The notes under the pieces: model-generated
The model's input: only the letters and a program-made list of their open reading frames with translations
Database searches by the model: none
Told to the model about the DNA's origin: nothing
Shown here: piece after piece, positions 38,777-47,400 of the stretch
How the letters are laid out: each line of letters begins with the position of its first letter
Position numbering within the stretch: the stretch's first letter is position 1
Made by a program: the position numbers and the translations under genes
From: an uncultured delta proteobacterium
Lineage (GTDB): Bacteria; Myxococcota_A; Polyangia; Palsa-1104
Reading direction: 5' to 3'
Assembly: GCA_963785725.1 (NCBI GenBank)
Contig: CAWAWS010000020.1
Location: forward strand, 1 to 64,000
DNA: 64,000 bases

Positions 38777-39382
38777 ATGCGTACGTTTGCTGCAGCAGCT
38801 CCGCTTTGCCTACTCGCTCTTACCGCCGGATGCGCACATCAGCAGTCGCAGTCGAAGACGGCCGCCGCGCCGGTCGCGCCGGCGCCGGCCGCGCCCACCG
38901 TCGCGCAGGCGCCGGCTTCGTCGTCCAACAGCTGCAACCGCGACCTCGACTGCGCGGCCAACCAGATCTGCCTCGACAATCAGTGCCAAGACGTGGCCTC
39001 GCACTTGTCGGCGTGCACGTCGGTGCGCGTGCACTTCGGGTTCAACGACAGCGACATCTCGGCCGCCGATCGCAACGATCTCGATCGCGCCGCGCGCTGC
39101 ATGAAGGCCGACCACGCGCTGCACATCGCCATCCAAGGCAACGCCGACGAGCGCGGCACCGAGGAGTACAACTTGTCGCTCGGCGATCGGCGCGCGCACG
39201 CCGTCGCCGGCTACCTGAAGTCGCTGGGCGCGTCCGATTCGCAGCTGCAGACGGTCAGCTACGGCGAAGAGCGGCCGCTGTGCAGCGAGCACGACGAAGC
39301 CTGCTGGGCGCAAAATCGCCGCGCCGACTTGGCCGCGCAGGTCGTCGCCGGCGGCAAGAGCAAGAAACGGAGCCACAACTAG
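38777..39382 (+). CDS. Pal/OmpA-family lipoprotein with a Cys-rich linker
   Basis: Lipobox TAGC; GNADERGTEEYNLSLGDRRA, SYGEERP and WAQNRRA motifs. Confidence 0.9.
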   Translation: MRTFAAAAPLCLLALTAGCAHQQSQSKTAAAPVAPAPAAPTVAQAPASSSNSCNRDLDCAANQICLDNQCQDVASHLSACTSVRVHFGFNDSDISAADRNDLDRAARCMKADHALHIAIQGNADERGTEEYNLSLGDRRAHAVAGYLKSLGASDSQLQTVSYGEERPLCSEHDEACWAQNRRADLAAQVVAGGKSKKRSHN

Positions 39383-39434
39383 TGAGCGCGGCCGGCGGAT
39401 CGAGGGCTTGCGCACGGACGCGCTCGGTGCGGCC

Positions 39435-40901
39435 GTGAACCCGCGGCGGCTCGCCGTCTCGGCTGGTACGCTGCTGCTGCTGGCATCTTCGGCGGCCCGA
39501 GCCGACGGCGAGCCGCTCTATTCCGCCAGCGAATATGCCGACGATCTGTCGCACTTGGCGCCGCGCGCCCGCGAGCTCGAGCAGAAGACCTACTCGTATT
39601 GCGTGCGCACCAAGGCCGTCTACGAATGCTTGAGCTACGACGGTGACGGCAGCGTTCAAAAGACGCGCAAGGAGGCCGTCGCGCACGGCACCGCCTTCGC
39701 CTACAAGCAGGACGGCGCCACGACGCTGCTCATGACCAACGAGCACGTCGCCGAGTGGCCGGCGGTGACCGGCGACGGCGTGCGCGTCGACGGCGTGCCC
39801 GCCGGCTGCAAGCGCGTGTCCGAGTCGCTGCAGCTGGTCGACAGCGAGAACGATCGCTACCAAGCCGACGACATTGCCTTGACGCGCGTCGTGAGCGATC
39901 CGCAGCTCGACGCGGCCATCGTGCGCGCCAAGGTGACCTTGCCGGTGCTGCCGTGGAAGCTCGGCCGCTCGGCGGCGCTGCGCGATCGCAACGTCGTCGA
40001 GGTGCGCGGCTTTCCGCTGGGCGCCTTCGCCGCCACCAACGAAGGCAAGGTGATCTCGGCCTTCGATCACGACGACGAGCGCAACTGGGATCACGACGAC
40101 TTCGTCATCGACGCGCTGCTCTCCGCGGGAAACTCGGGATCGCCCGTGCTCGCGGTCTCGAACAAGACGGGCGAGTTCGAGCTGGTCGGCATCTTTCACG
40201 CCGGCTACACCGAAGGCTCGGCGCTCAACGTCGTCGTCGGCATCGATCAGCTGCGCGATCTGATGACCACGCTCAAGCGCGCGCCGCGCAGCCACGCGGA
40301 GACGCCGCTGGCGCTCGACGAGCCGGCGCGCGCGGGGCTGTTGCGGCAGCTCATGGAGTCGCCGGCGGCGCCGTTCTTCCCCTTCGGGCCGCTCGTCGCC
40401 TCGGTGCAGCCGCGCAGCGACGGCGCGCTCGTCTACGAGCTGTTTCCGCGCGACTTTCCCTTTCACGCGACGCCGCTGTTCGCCTTCGAGGATCTGCGGC
40501 AGCCGGGCAGCTTCGGCAACGTGGGGCGCGTCTGGTTCGGCGACGGCGGCCGCCTGCGCGCCTATCGCCGCGACGAGCTCGACGGCGAAGCGCAGGCCGG
40601 CGTCGAGCGCGCGGTCGACGGCTTGCGCCGCGACGCCGTCGCCTTCATGAGCGCGCGCGCGGCGCCTTTGCCGGCGGCGGCGACGCGGCCGGAGTTCGAT
40701 CGCGCGGCGCGCCTCGAGCGATCGCTGCAGCGCACGGTCGCGATGCGCCGCACGGCGACGACGACGGTCGGCGAGCTCGCGGATCGCCTGGCGCCGAAAG
40801 CGTCGGAGCCGGCGGCGCAAGTGGCCGAGCTGTTCACGCCGGCGCTGCCCGCGTCGCTCGCCGCCGTCACGACGCCGGCCACGCCCAGCGCGACCAAGTA
40901 G
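39435..40901 (+). CDS. Secreted trypsin-like (S1) serine protease
   Basis: TNEHV (His), LDAAIV (Asp) and GNSGSPV (Ser) motifs. Confidence 0.85.
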   Translation: MNPRRLAVSAGTLLLLASSAARADGEPLYSASEYADDLSHLAPRARELEQKTYSYCVRTKAVYECLSYDGDGSVQKTRKEAVAHGTAFAYKQDGATTLLMTNEHVAEWPAVTGDGVRVDGVPAGCKRVSESLQLVDSENDRYQADDIALTRVVSDPQLDAAIVRAKVTLPVLPWKLGRSAALRDRNVVEVRGFPLGAFAATNEGKVISAFDHDDERNWDHDDFVIDALLSAGNSGSPVLAVSNKTGEFELVGIFHAGYTEGSALNVVVGIDQLRDLMTTLKRAPRSHAETPLALDEPARAGLLRQLMESPAAPFFPFGPLVASVQPRSDGALVYELFPRDFPFHATPLFAFEDLRQPGSFGNVGRVWFGDGGRLRAYRRDELDGEAQAGVERAVDGLRRDAVAFMSARAAPLPAAATRPEFDRAARLERSLQRTVAMRRTATTTVGELADRLAPKASEPAAQVAELFTPALPASLAAVTTPATPSATK

Positions 40902-40912
40902 CGCCACCGCCG

Positions 40913-42799
40913 ATGCCTTCGCCAGCGAACAGGCCGCTGCCGCGTCGTTTTGCTCGCTTGGCGGCGCTGTGGCGCTCGGAGCGCGCGCCGCTCGAGCTGC
41001 AGCTGCTCGGCCGCACCGTGTGGCACGCCATGCTCGTCGGCGCCGCCGCCGGCCTCGTGGGCGCGCTCTTCTTCGCCGCGCTCGAATACGCGCAGAAGCT
41101 CGTGCTCGAAGACGCCGCCGGCTACGTCATGCTGCGCGCCAGCGGTGAAACCTTCGCCGCCGGTCCCGAGCGTCATCACGTCTTTCGCCCGTGGCTGCTC
41201 GTGCTGATCCCGGCCGTCGGCGCGCTGTGCGGCGGGCTCGTCAGCCGCTTCGCGCCCGAGACGCGCGGCGGCGGCGGCGACCAGATGATCCGCGCGTTCC
41301 ATCACGCCGGCGGCGTCGTGCGCCGGCGCGTCTTGTGGGTCAAGATGGCCGCCTCCATCTTCACGCTCGGCTCGGGCGGCTCGGGCGGACGCGAAGGCCC
41401 GACGATGCAGCTCGGCGCCGCCATCGGCTCGACGCTCGGCCGCTATCTGCGCGTGCCGGCGCGCGAACGCCGCATCCTCATGGTCGCCGGCGTCGCCGCC
41501 GGCATGTCGGCCGTCTTCCGCACGCCGCTCGGCGCCGCGCTCCTCGCCGTCGAAGTGCTCTATCGCGACGACTTCGAGTCCGACGCGCTCATTCCCGCCG
41601 TCCTCGCCAGCGTCGTGGCCTATTCGATCGTCATCTCGATGTACGGCCAGTCGACGCTGTTCGCGCGCGCGCCGCACTATCCGTTCATCGCCGCCCATCT
41701 GCCGCTGTACGCGCTGTTGGCGCTGGCGGTGGCGTTCTTGGCGGCCGTGTTCGCGACGCTGCTCCATCGCGTCGAGCACGTGGCGCTCAGGCTGCCCGGC
41801 CCGACGTGGCTGCGGCCGGCCTGCGGCGGTCTTCTGCTCGGCGTCGTCGCGGTGCCGATGATCCTGCTCTTCGGCGCGCGCGTCGGCGTGCCCGGCCAAG
41901 GGCTCGGCATCCTCGGCGGTGGGTACGGCGCGGCGCAGATGGCCATCGTCGGCAGCGCCTGGCTGCCCGGCGGCTGGTCCGGCGTCGAGCTGCTCTTGAT
42001 CTTGTGCGCGGCCAAGATGCTCGCCAGCGCGCTCACCATCGGCTCGGGCGGCTCGGCCGGCGACTTCGCGCCGTCGCTGGTGCTCGGCGGCGTGTTCGGC
42101 GGCGCCTTCGGTCGCGCGGCGCAGCTCGTGTTGCACGACCCGCGCATCGATCCCGGCGCCTTCGCGCTCGTCGGCATGGGCGCGTTCTACGGCGGCATCG
42201 CGCACGCGCCGCTGAGCTCGCTGGTGTTCGTGAGTGAAATGGCGGGGAGCTACGACTTGTTGGTACCGCTCATGTTGGCCGAAGGGATCGCGTTCGTGGC
42301 GCTGCGCAATCGCTCGCTCTATCGCGCGCAAGTGCCGACCAAAGAGGACTCGCCGGCGCATCGCGTCGACCGCTTGCCGCGCGTCTCGACGCTGCGCGTG
42401 GCCGACGTCGTCGATCGGCAGCGGCCGCATCGGCGCTTCGGCCTGGCCACGCCGGCGCCGGAGATCGCCGCTACCATCGCCGCGATGAGCGCGCAAGACG
42501 CCTACCCCGTCGTCGACGACGCCGGCGTCTTGCGCGGCCTCATCGCCGCCGACGTCCTGCGCTACTTGAGCGGCGAAGGCCACGCCGCGCGCTTCTTGGT
42601 CGCCGCCGACCTCATGCAGCCGCCGTTTTCGCTGACGCTCGACCAAGGCCTCGTGGCCGCCGGCGCCGAGCTCGTGCGCTCGGGCTTGCGCGAATTGCCG
42701 GTCCTCGACGACGCCGGCGCCATCGTCGGATTCCTCGACGAGTCGCACGCCATGCGCGCCTATCTCGACGCGGCGACGCTGAAAGCGACCGGCTCATGA
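40913..42799 (+). CDS. CLC-family anion channel/transporter with CBS domains
   Basis: GGSGGREGP, FRTPLGA, GDFAPS and SLY motifs; C-terminal CBS pair. Confidence 0.92.
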   Translation: MPSPANRPLPRRFARLAALWRSERAPLELQLLGRTVWHAMLVGAAAGLVGALFFAALEYAQKLVLEDAAGYVMLRASGETFAAGPERHHVFRPWLLVLIPAVGALCGGLVSRFAPETRGGGGDQMIRAFHHAGGVVRRRVLWVKMAASIFTLGSGGSGGREGPTMQLGAAIGSTLGRYLRVPARERRILMVAGVAAGMSAVFRTPLGAALLAVEVLYRDDFESDALIPAVLASVVAYSIVISMYGQSTLFARAPHYPFIAAHLPLYALLALAVAFLAAVFATLLHRVEHVALRLPGPTWLRPACGGLLLGVVAVPMILLFGARVGVPGQGLGILGGGYGAAQMAIVGSAWLPGGWSGVELLLILCAAKMLASALTIGSGGSAGDFAPSLVLGGVFGGAFGRAAQLVLHDPRIDPGAFALVGMGAFYGGIAHAPLSSLVFVSEMAGSYDLLVPLMLAEGIAFVALRNRSLYRAQVPTKEDSPAHRVDRLPRVSTLRVADVVDRQRPHRRFGLATPAPEIAATIAAMSAQDAYPVVDDAGVLRGLIAADVLRYLSGEGHAARFLVAADLMQPPFSLTLDQGLVAAGAELVRSGLRELPVLDDAGAIVGFLDESHAMRAYLDAATLKATGS

Positions 42800-43878
42800 G
42801 CCGCGCCCGCGCCCTCTTGCTGTTGCTCGCCGTCACGTTCGGCGGCTGTCACGGCCCCGGCCGCGTCGAGTTCACGAGCGGCCAATGCCTCATCGACGGC
42901 CACGTCGCCACGCGCGCCGAGGTCGACGCGCGGCAGGCGCGCATCACCGAGCGCATCCTCGCGCGGCAGCCGCTGTTCGTGCTGATTACGGTGCTGATCG
43001 TGGCCTTGGCGGGCGCAAGCCACGTCGAGAAGCTGTTCCTCTTTGCCGGCAAGAAGGACCAGCCGGTGCACGGCATGCACGATCGCTTGCGGCTGGCGCT
43101 CGAGCGTTACCGATCGCATCCGCTGCGCTATTTCTCGATCGTGGCGCTGACGTTGAGCTTGCTGGCGCTGGCGGGCGGGCTCTACGTCTATCTCGACAGT
43201 GACAAGCGAGCCAGCGAACGGGCGCTCGGGCTCTTGCAGTTCTGTCACATCGCGCTGCGCAACAACGAGGCCGAGGGCATCTTGGCCGAGCAGAAGCAGA
43301 ACCTGCAGCAGATCGAGTCGACGGCGGGTGACATCCGCTCGTTCGTGGGCAAGCTGCCGCCCGAGGAGCAGAAGAAGGCGCGACAGCTGATGGCGCGCAT
43401 CAACGAGTCGCTGGCGCAGGAGGGCCGGCTCGTCGGTGACTACGCGGCGCGCACCGACGAGAGCACGAAGGCGGTGCGCGAGGAGACGCAGCTGCTCGGC
43501 CGGGGCATCACGAGCCTCGAGACCCAGGTGACGACGCTCAAGACGGTGCCGGCGGCGCTGCACGAGCTCGGCGATCAGCTGCGCCTCGTCGACGGCCATG
43601 TCGCCGACGTGTCGGGCAAGCTGGCGGCGACGCAAGCGCAGCTGGCCGCGCTGACCGCCAAGCTGGACGCGGCGACGGCGCGGCTCGACGCGAACAAGGC
43701 GGCCGTGGACGAGCACCAACCACGGCTGACCGGCGTCGGCAAAGCCGCCGAGGCCGCGCACCAAGCCGAGCCGGCCAAAGCGACCGAGCCGGCCAAAGCG
43801 ACCGAGCCGGCCAAAGCGACCGAGCCGGCCAAGCGCGCGGCGCCGTCCGATCTGGGCGCGCCCGCCGCCGGCCACTGA
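42796..43878 (+). CDS. Lipoprotein-like membrane protein with a long coiled coil and an EPAKAT repeat tail
   Basis: FGGC lipobox-like motif, two TM segments, heptad-rich region; ATGA overlap with the CLC gene. Confidence 0.7.
   Translation: MSRARALLLLLAVTFGGCHGPGRVEFTSGQCLIDGHVATRAEVDARQARITERILARQPLFVLITVLIVALAGASHVEKLFLFAGKKDQPVHGMHDRLRLALERYRSHPLRYFSIVALTLSLLALAGGLYVYLDSDKRASERALGLLQFCHIALRNNEAEGILAEQKQNLQQIESTAGDIRSFVGKLPPEEQKKARQLMARINESLAQEGRLVGDYAARTDESTKAVREETQLLGRGITSLETQVTTLKTVPAALHELGDQLRLVDGHVADVSGKLAATQAQLAALTAKLDAATARLDANKAAVDEHQPRLTGVGKAAEAAHQAEPAKATEPAKATEPAKATEPAKRAAPSDLGAPAAGH
43766..43832 (+). repeat. 18-bp tandem repeat (about 3.7 copies) encoding EPAKAT
   Basis: ccgagccggccaaagcga repeated in tandem. 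Confidence 0.9.
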
Positions 43879-43891
43879 GCGCCGCAAAACG

Positions 43892-43922
43892 AAAAAGGCC
43901 CCGCGGAGAGCTCCGCGGGGCC
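43892..43922 (-). terminator. Intrinsic terminator between convergent genes
   Basis: GGCCCCGCGGA-GAGC-TCCGCGGGGCC stem with an adjacent A5 run (U-tract on the minus strand). Confidence 0.8.
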
Positions 43923-43942
43923 CGATAAAACGTGGCGAACGC

Positions 43943-44200
43943 TTACTTCTTGTCGTCGGCGGCGGCGACGGTGCCGCCCTTGGCCGTGCAATCCTTCTCG
44001 GACATCTTCATGACGCCCTTGCCCTTGCAGTCGTTCTTGCCTTTGCAGTCGTTCGACGCCGACTTACAGGCGCTCTTGCCCTTGCACTCGTTGACGCCCG
44101 AGCACATCGACTTGCCGCCTTTGGCGTGCGCCACCAGCGGAGCTCCCGCTGCAAAGAGTCCCGCCACCGTTGCCGCAACCACTGCACCTTTGATCGTCAT
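43943..44200 (-). CDS. Small secreted Cys/Lys-rich protein resembling a BufA2-type bufferin precursor
   Basis: Signal peptide; CSGVNECKGKSACKSASNDCKGKNDCKGKG...C (6 Cys); GGAGGAG RBS. Confidence 0.75.
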   Translation of the reverse strand: MTIKGAVVAATVAGLFAAGAPLVAHAKGGKSMCSGVNECKGKSACKSASNDCKGKNDCKGKGVMKMSEKDCTAKGGTVAAADDKK

Positions 44201-44421
44201 GGGCATCTCCTCCCCAATGGGTTGCGACATCGTAGCCCTCCGCCGGAAATGAGCAACTGGGTCGGGCTGCAACCTGACCCCGCGTCGGAAATCGAGCTTG
44301 ACGGCGCGTGGGCGAATTCGCCGACCACGCCGAGACGTGCGCCGCATCGACGCCCGGCTCGCGCAGCAGCGCACGTCCAAGCAGCCGTAAGCGAGCTAGC
44401 GCGGAGGGTGAACGAAGCCGC

Positions 44422-44459
44422 TGACTCAGCCGCGCCGTGAAAAGCGCGCGGCTGAGTCA
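44422..44459. terminator. Strong hairpin downstream of the giant gene
   Basis: TGACTCAGCCGCGC...GCGCGGCTGAGTCA inverted repeat; no clear U-tract. Confidence 0.5.
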
Positions 44460-44467
44460 CTCGGGCG

Positions 44468-47400
44468 TTAGCGGAGCGCGCGGCGGCGGCGGATGAAGAT
44501 AGCGGCGGCGAGCGCGAAGAGCGTGAACGAGCCGCCGTTGGGCGTGCCCGGACCGCCGGTCTGGCAGCCGGCCGCCTTCGCCGCCGTGGCGGCGTTGGCG
44601 CGAGCCGCCGTGACCTGCTGCGCCGCCAGCAGCGCCTGCTGTTGCTGCTGGTGACGCGCGAGGGCCAGCTTGCTCGCGGCCGGCTTGGCGTTGGCGTTGA
44701 TGCCGACGCTGACGAGCGCCGTATTGCCGAGCGAGTCGATGACCTGCACGGTGTCGGTGGTGCCGCTCGTGCCAGCGATGTACGTGCCGCTCGACGGGTC
44801 GATGGTGCTCGTGCTGCCGGCGGTGAGGATGGACCACACGTAGCCGGTGCCGCTGCCGCCGCCGACTTGGAAGTGGATGGTGCGGCCGCTCGCGACCATC
44901 GGGCTCAGCGGCGTGACGCTGATGGCCGGCCCGACGCTGATGGTGGTCGACGCTTCGTCGCCGACCGCGTCGGTGACTTCGATGACGTCGTTGACGCTGC
45001 CGATGAGGCCGGCCGTGTAGCCGCCGTTCGCGTTGACGCTGGCGCCCGACGCGTTGGTGACGAAGCGCCAGCTGTACGCGCCCGAGCCGCCGGTCGATTG
45101 GAAGGCGATCGAGCCGCGCGGCGGCACCGTCGGGTTGACGGGCGCCAAGGTGACGCCGGTGCCGACGACGACGTCGGCCGATGCCGTGTTGCCGAGCGGA
45201 TCGGTGACCTGCACGATGTCGGTGACGTTGACCTTCTTGCCGGCGGTGTAGATGCCGCTCGAGGCGTCGATGGTGCCCTTCGAGTTGTTGGGCGAAAGCG
45301 TCCAGACGTAGCCCGAGCCGCTGCCGCCGGTGGCGAGGAACGCGATCGATTCCTTGGCCACGGCCGTCGCCGCGTTGGGCACGATGGAGATGCCGGCGCC
45401 GACCGAGACCCGCGCGATGGCGATGGCGCCGTTGCTGTCGACGACCTGCACGCGGTCGGTGGCGTTGCCCATGCCGCCGGCGGTGTAGAGGCCGCTCTGC
45501 GCGACGCTGCCGCCCGAGCCGTTGGCGGCGAGGCTGAAGACGTAGCCGCCCAATCCGCCCGACGCCGTGAACGTCACGCTGCCGTGCGGCGGCGCGGCGG
45601 CCGCGGCCGGCGTCAGCGTCAGCATCGGACCGACGACGACCGTCGGCGTCGCGCGGTTGCCGAGCGAATCGGCGACGGCGAGGAAGTCGGTGACGCCGCC
45701 GATCGAGCCGGCCACGTAAGCGCCGGTCTGCTTGTTGATCGTCGCGCCCGAGTTGTTGGTGATGAAGAGCCAGTGGTAGCCGGTGCCGCTGCCGCCGCTG
45801 ACGCTGAACGTGGCGCCGCCGAGCGGCGCGACGTTGGCGACCATCGGCGTCGCGGTGACGCCGGCGGTGACGGTGACGTTGACGCTGGCGGTGTTGCCGA
45901 GGTTGTCGATGACGTTGACGATGTCGGTGACGTTGCCCGTCGTGCCGGCGAGGTAGCTGCCGTTGGTCGCGTTGATGCTGCCGCCCGATGCGTTGGTGCC
46001 GAGGCTCCAGGTGTAATTGCCGCCGCTGCCGCCGGAAGCGATGAGCGTCAAGCTGCCGAGCGGCGGCGTCGACGGCGCGGCCGGGTTGATGCCGATGCCG
46101 TTGCCGACGGAGACGTTGACGCTGGCGGTGTTGCCGAGCGAGTCGATGACGTTGACGACGTCGGTGACGTTGCCGATGGCGCCGGCCGTGTAGTGACCGG
46201 TGGCGTCGATGCTGCCGCCCGACGGATGGTTGCCGATGCTGAACACGAAGCCGACGCCGCTGCCGCCGACGGCCGTGAACGTCAGGCTGCCGCGCGGCGG
46301 CGACGAGGGCGCGGCCGGCGACAGGCTGACCACCGGCCCGACGGTGACCGTGAACAGCGCCGTGGCGCCGTTGGCGTCGGTGACGCGCACGACGTCGGTG
46401 GTGCTGCCGATGCTGCCGGCGACGTAATCGCCGGTCGTCGGGTTGACGCTGGCGCCGCTGCCGCTACCGACCTGCGCGAACGAGTAGACGTTGCCGCCGG
46501 CGCCGCCTTGCGCTTGCAGCGGCAGGTGGCCGCGCGGCGGCGAGATGGCGGCGGCGGGCACGAACGCCAGCGCCGGGCCGACCGTGACGACGGCGTCCAG
46601 CTCGTTGCCGAGCGAGTCCATGACCGTGACGGTGTCGCTGACGCCGCCGATGGGACCGGCGACGTACGTGCCGAGGTTGGCGTCGATGCTGCCTTGCGAC
46701 GCGTTGTCGGTGAGCGACCAGGTGTAGCCGCCGCCGCTGCCGCCGGTGACGCTGAACGTCTGCTTGCCGAGCGGGAAGAGGCTGGCGCTCGCCGGCGTGA
46801 TGCTCAAGCCGGCCGTGATGAAGGCGTTGGTCGTGGCCGTGTTGCCGACGGGATCGGTGGCGACGACGACGTCGGTGGTGTTGCCGTTGGGGCCGGCGAA
46901 GTAGGCGCCGGTCGACGGGTTGATGCCACCGCCCGACGGCGCGCTCGCCAGCACCCAGGTGTAGTCGCTGCCGGTGCCGCCCTGGGCCATGAACTGCTGG
47001 TTGCCGTGCGGCGGCAGGTGCGGATTGGCGGGGTTGATGCTGACGCCGGCGCCGACCGAGACGCTGACGCTGGCGATGTTGCCGAGCGAATCGGTCACGC
47101 TGACGACGTCGCTGGCCGGTCCGATCGAGCCGGCCGTGTAGAGGCCGGTGGCGTCGATCTTGCCGCCCGAGCCGCCGGTGCCGAGGCCGGCCGAGACCGA
47201 CCAGACGAAGCCGGTGTTGCTGCCACCGGTCGCCTGGAAGTCGAGCGTGCCGCGCGGGCTCGTCGACGGCGCCGCGGGCGTGATGGTGACGACCGCGCCG
47301 ACGGTGACGCTGGCCATGCCGATGTTGCCGAGCGGATCGGTGACGACGATCGTGTCGGTCGTGCTGCCGATGTTGCCGGCCATGTAGCTGCCGCTCGAGC

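Noticed and set aside
39755..40912. N-terminal extension giving a 1014-aa CLC protein
   Set aside because: Overlaps the protease gene in another frame; the CLC gene plausibly starts at ATG 40913
43766..43832. Tandem repeats here and at 18881-18972 as CRISPR or phase-variation loci
   Set aside because: No spacers; unit lengths are multiples of three and encode low-complexity linkers
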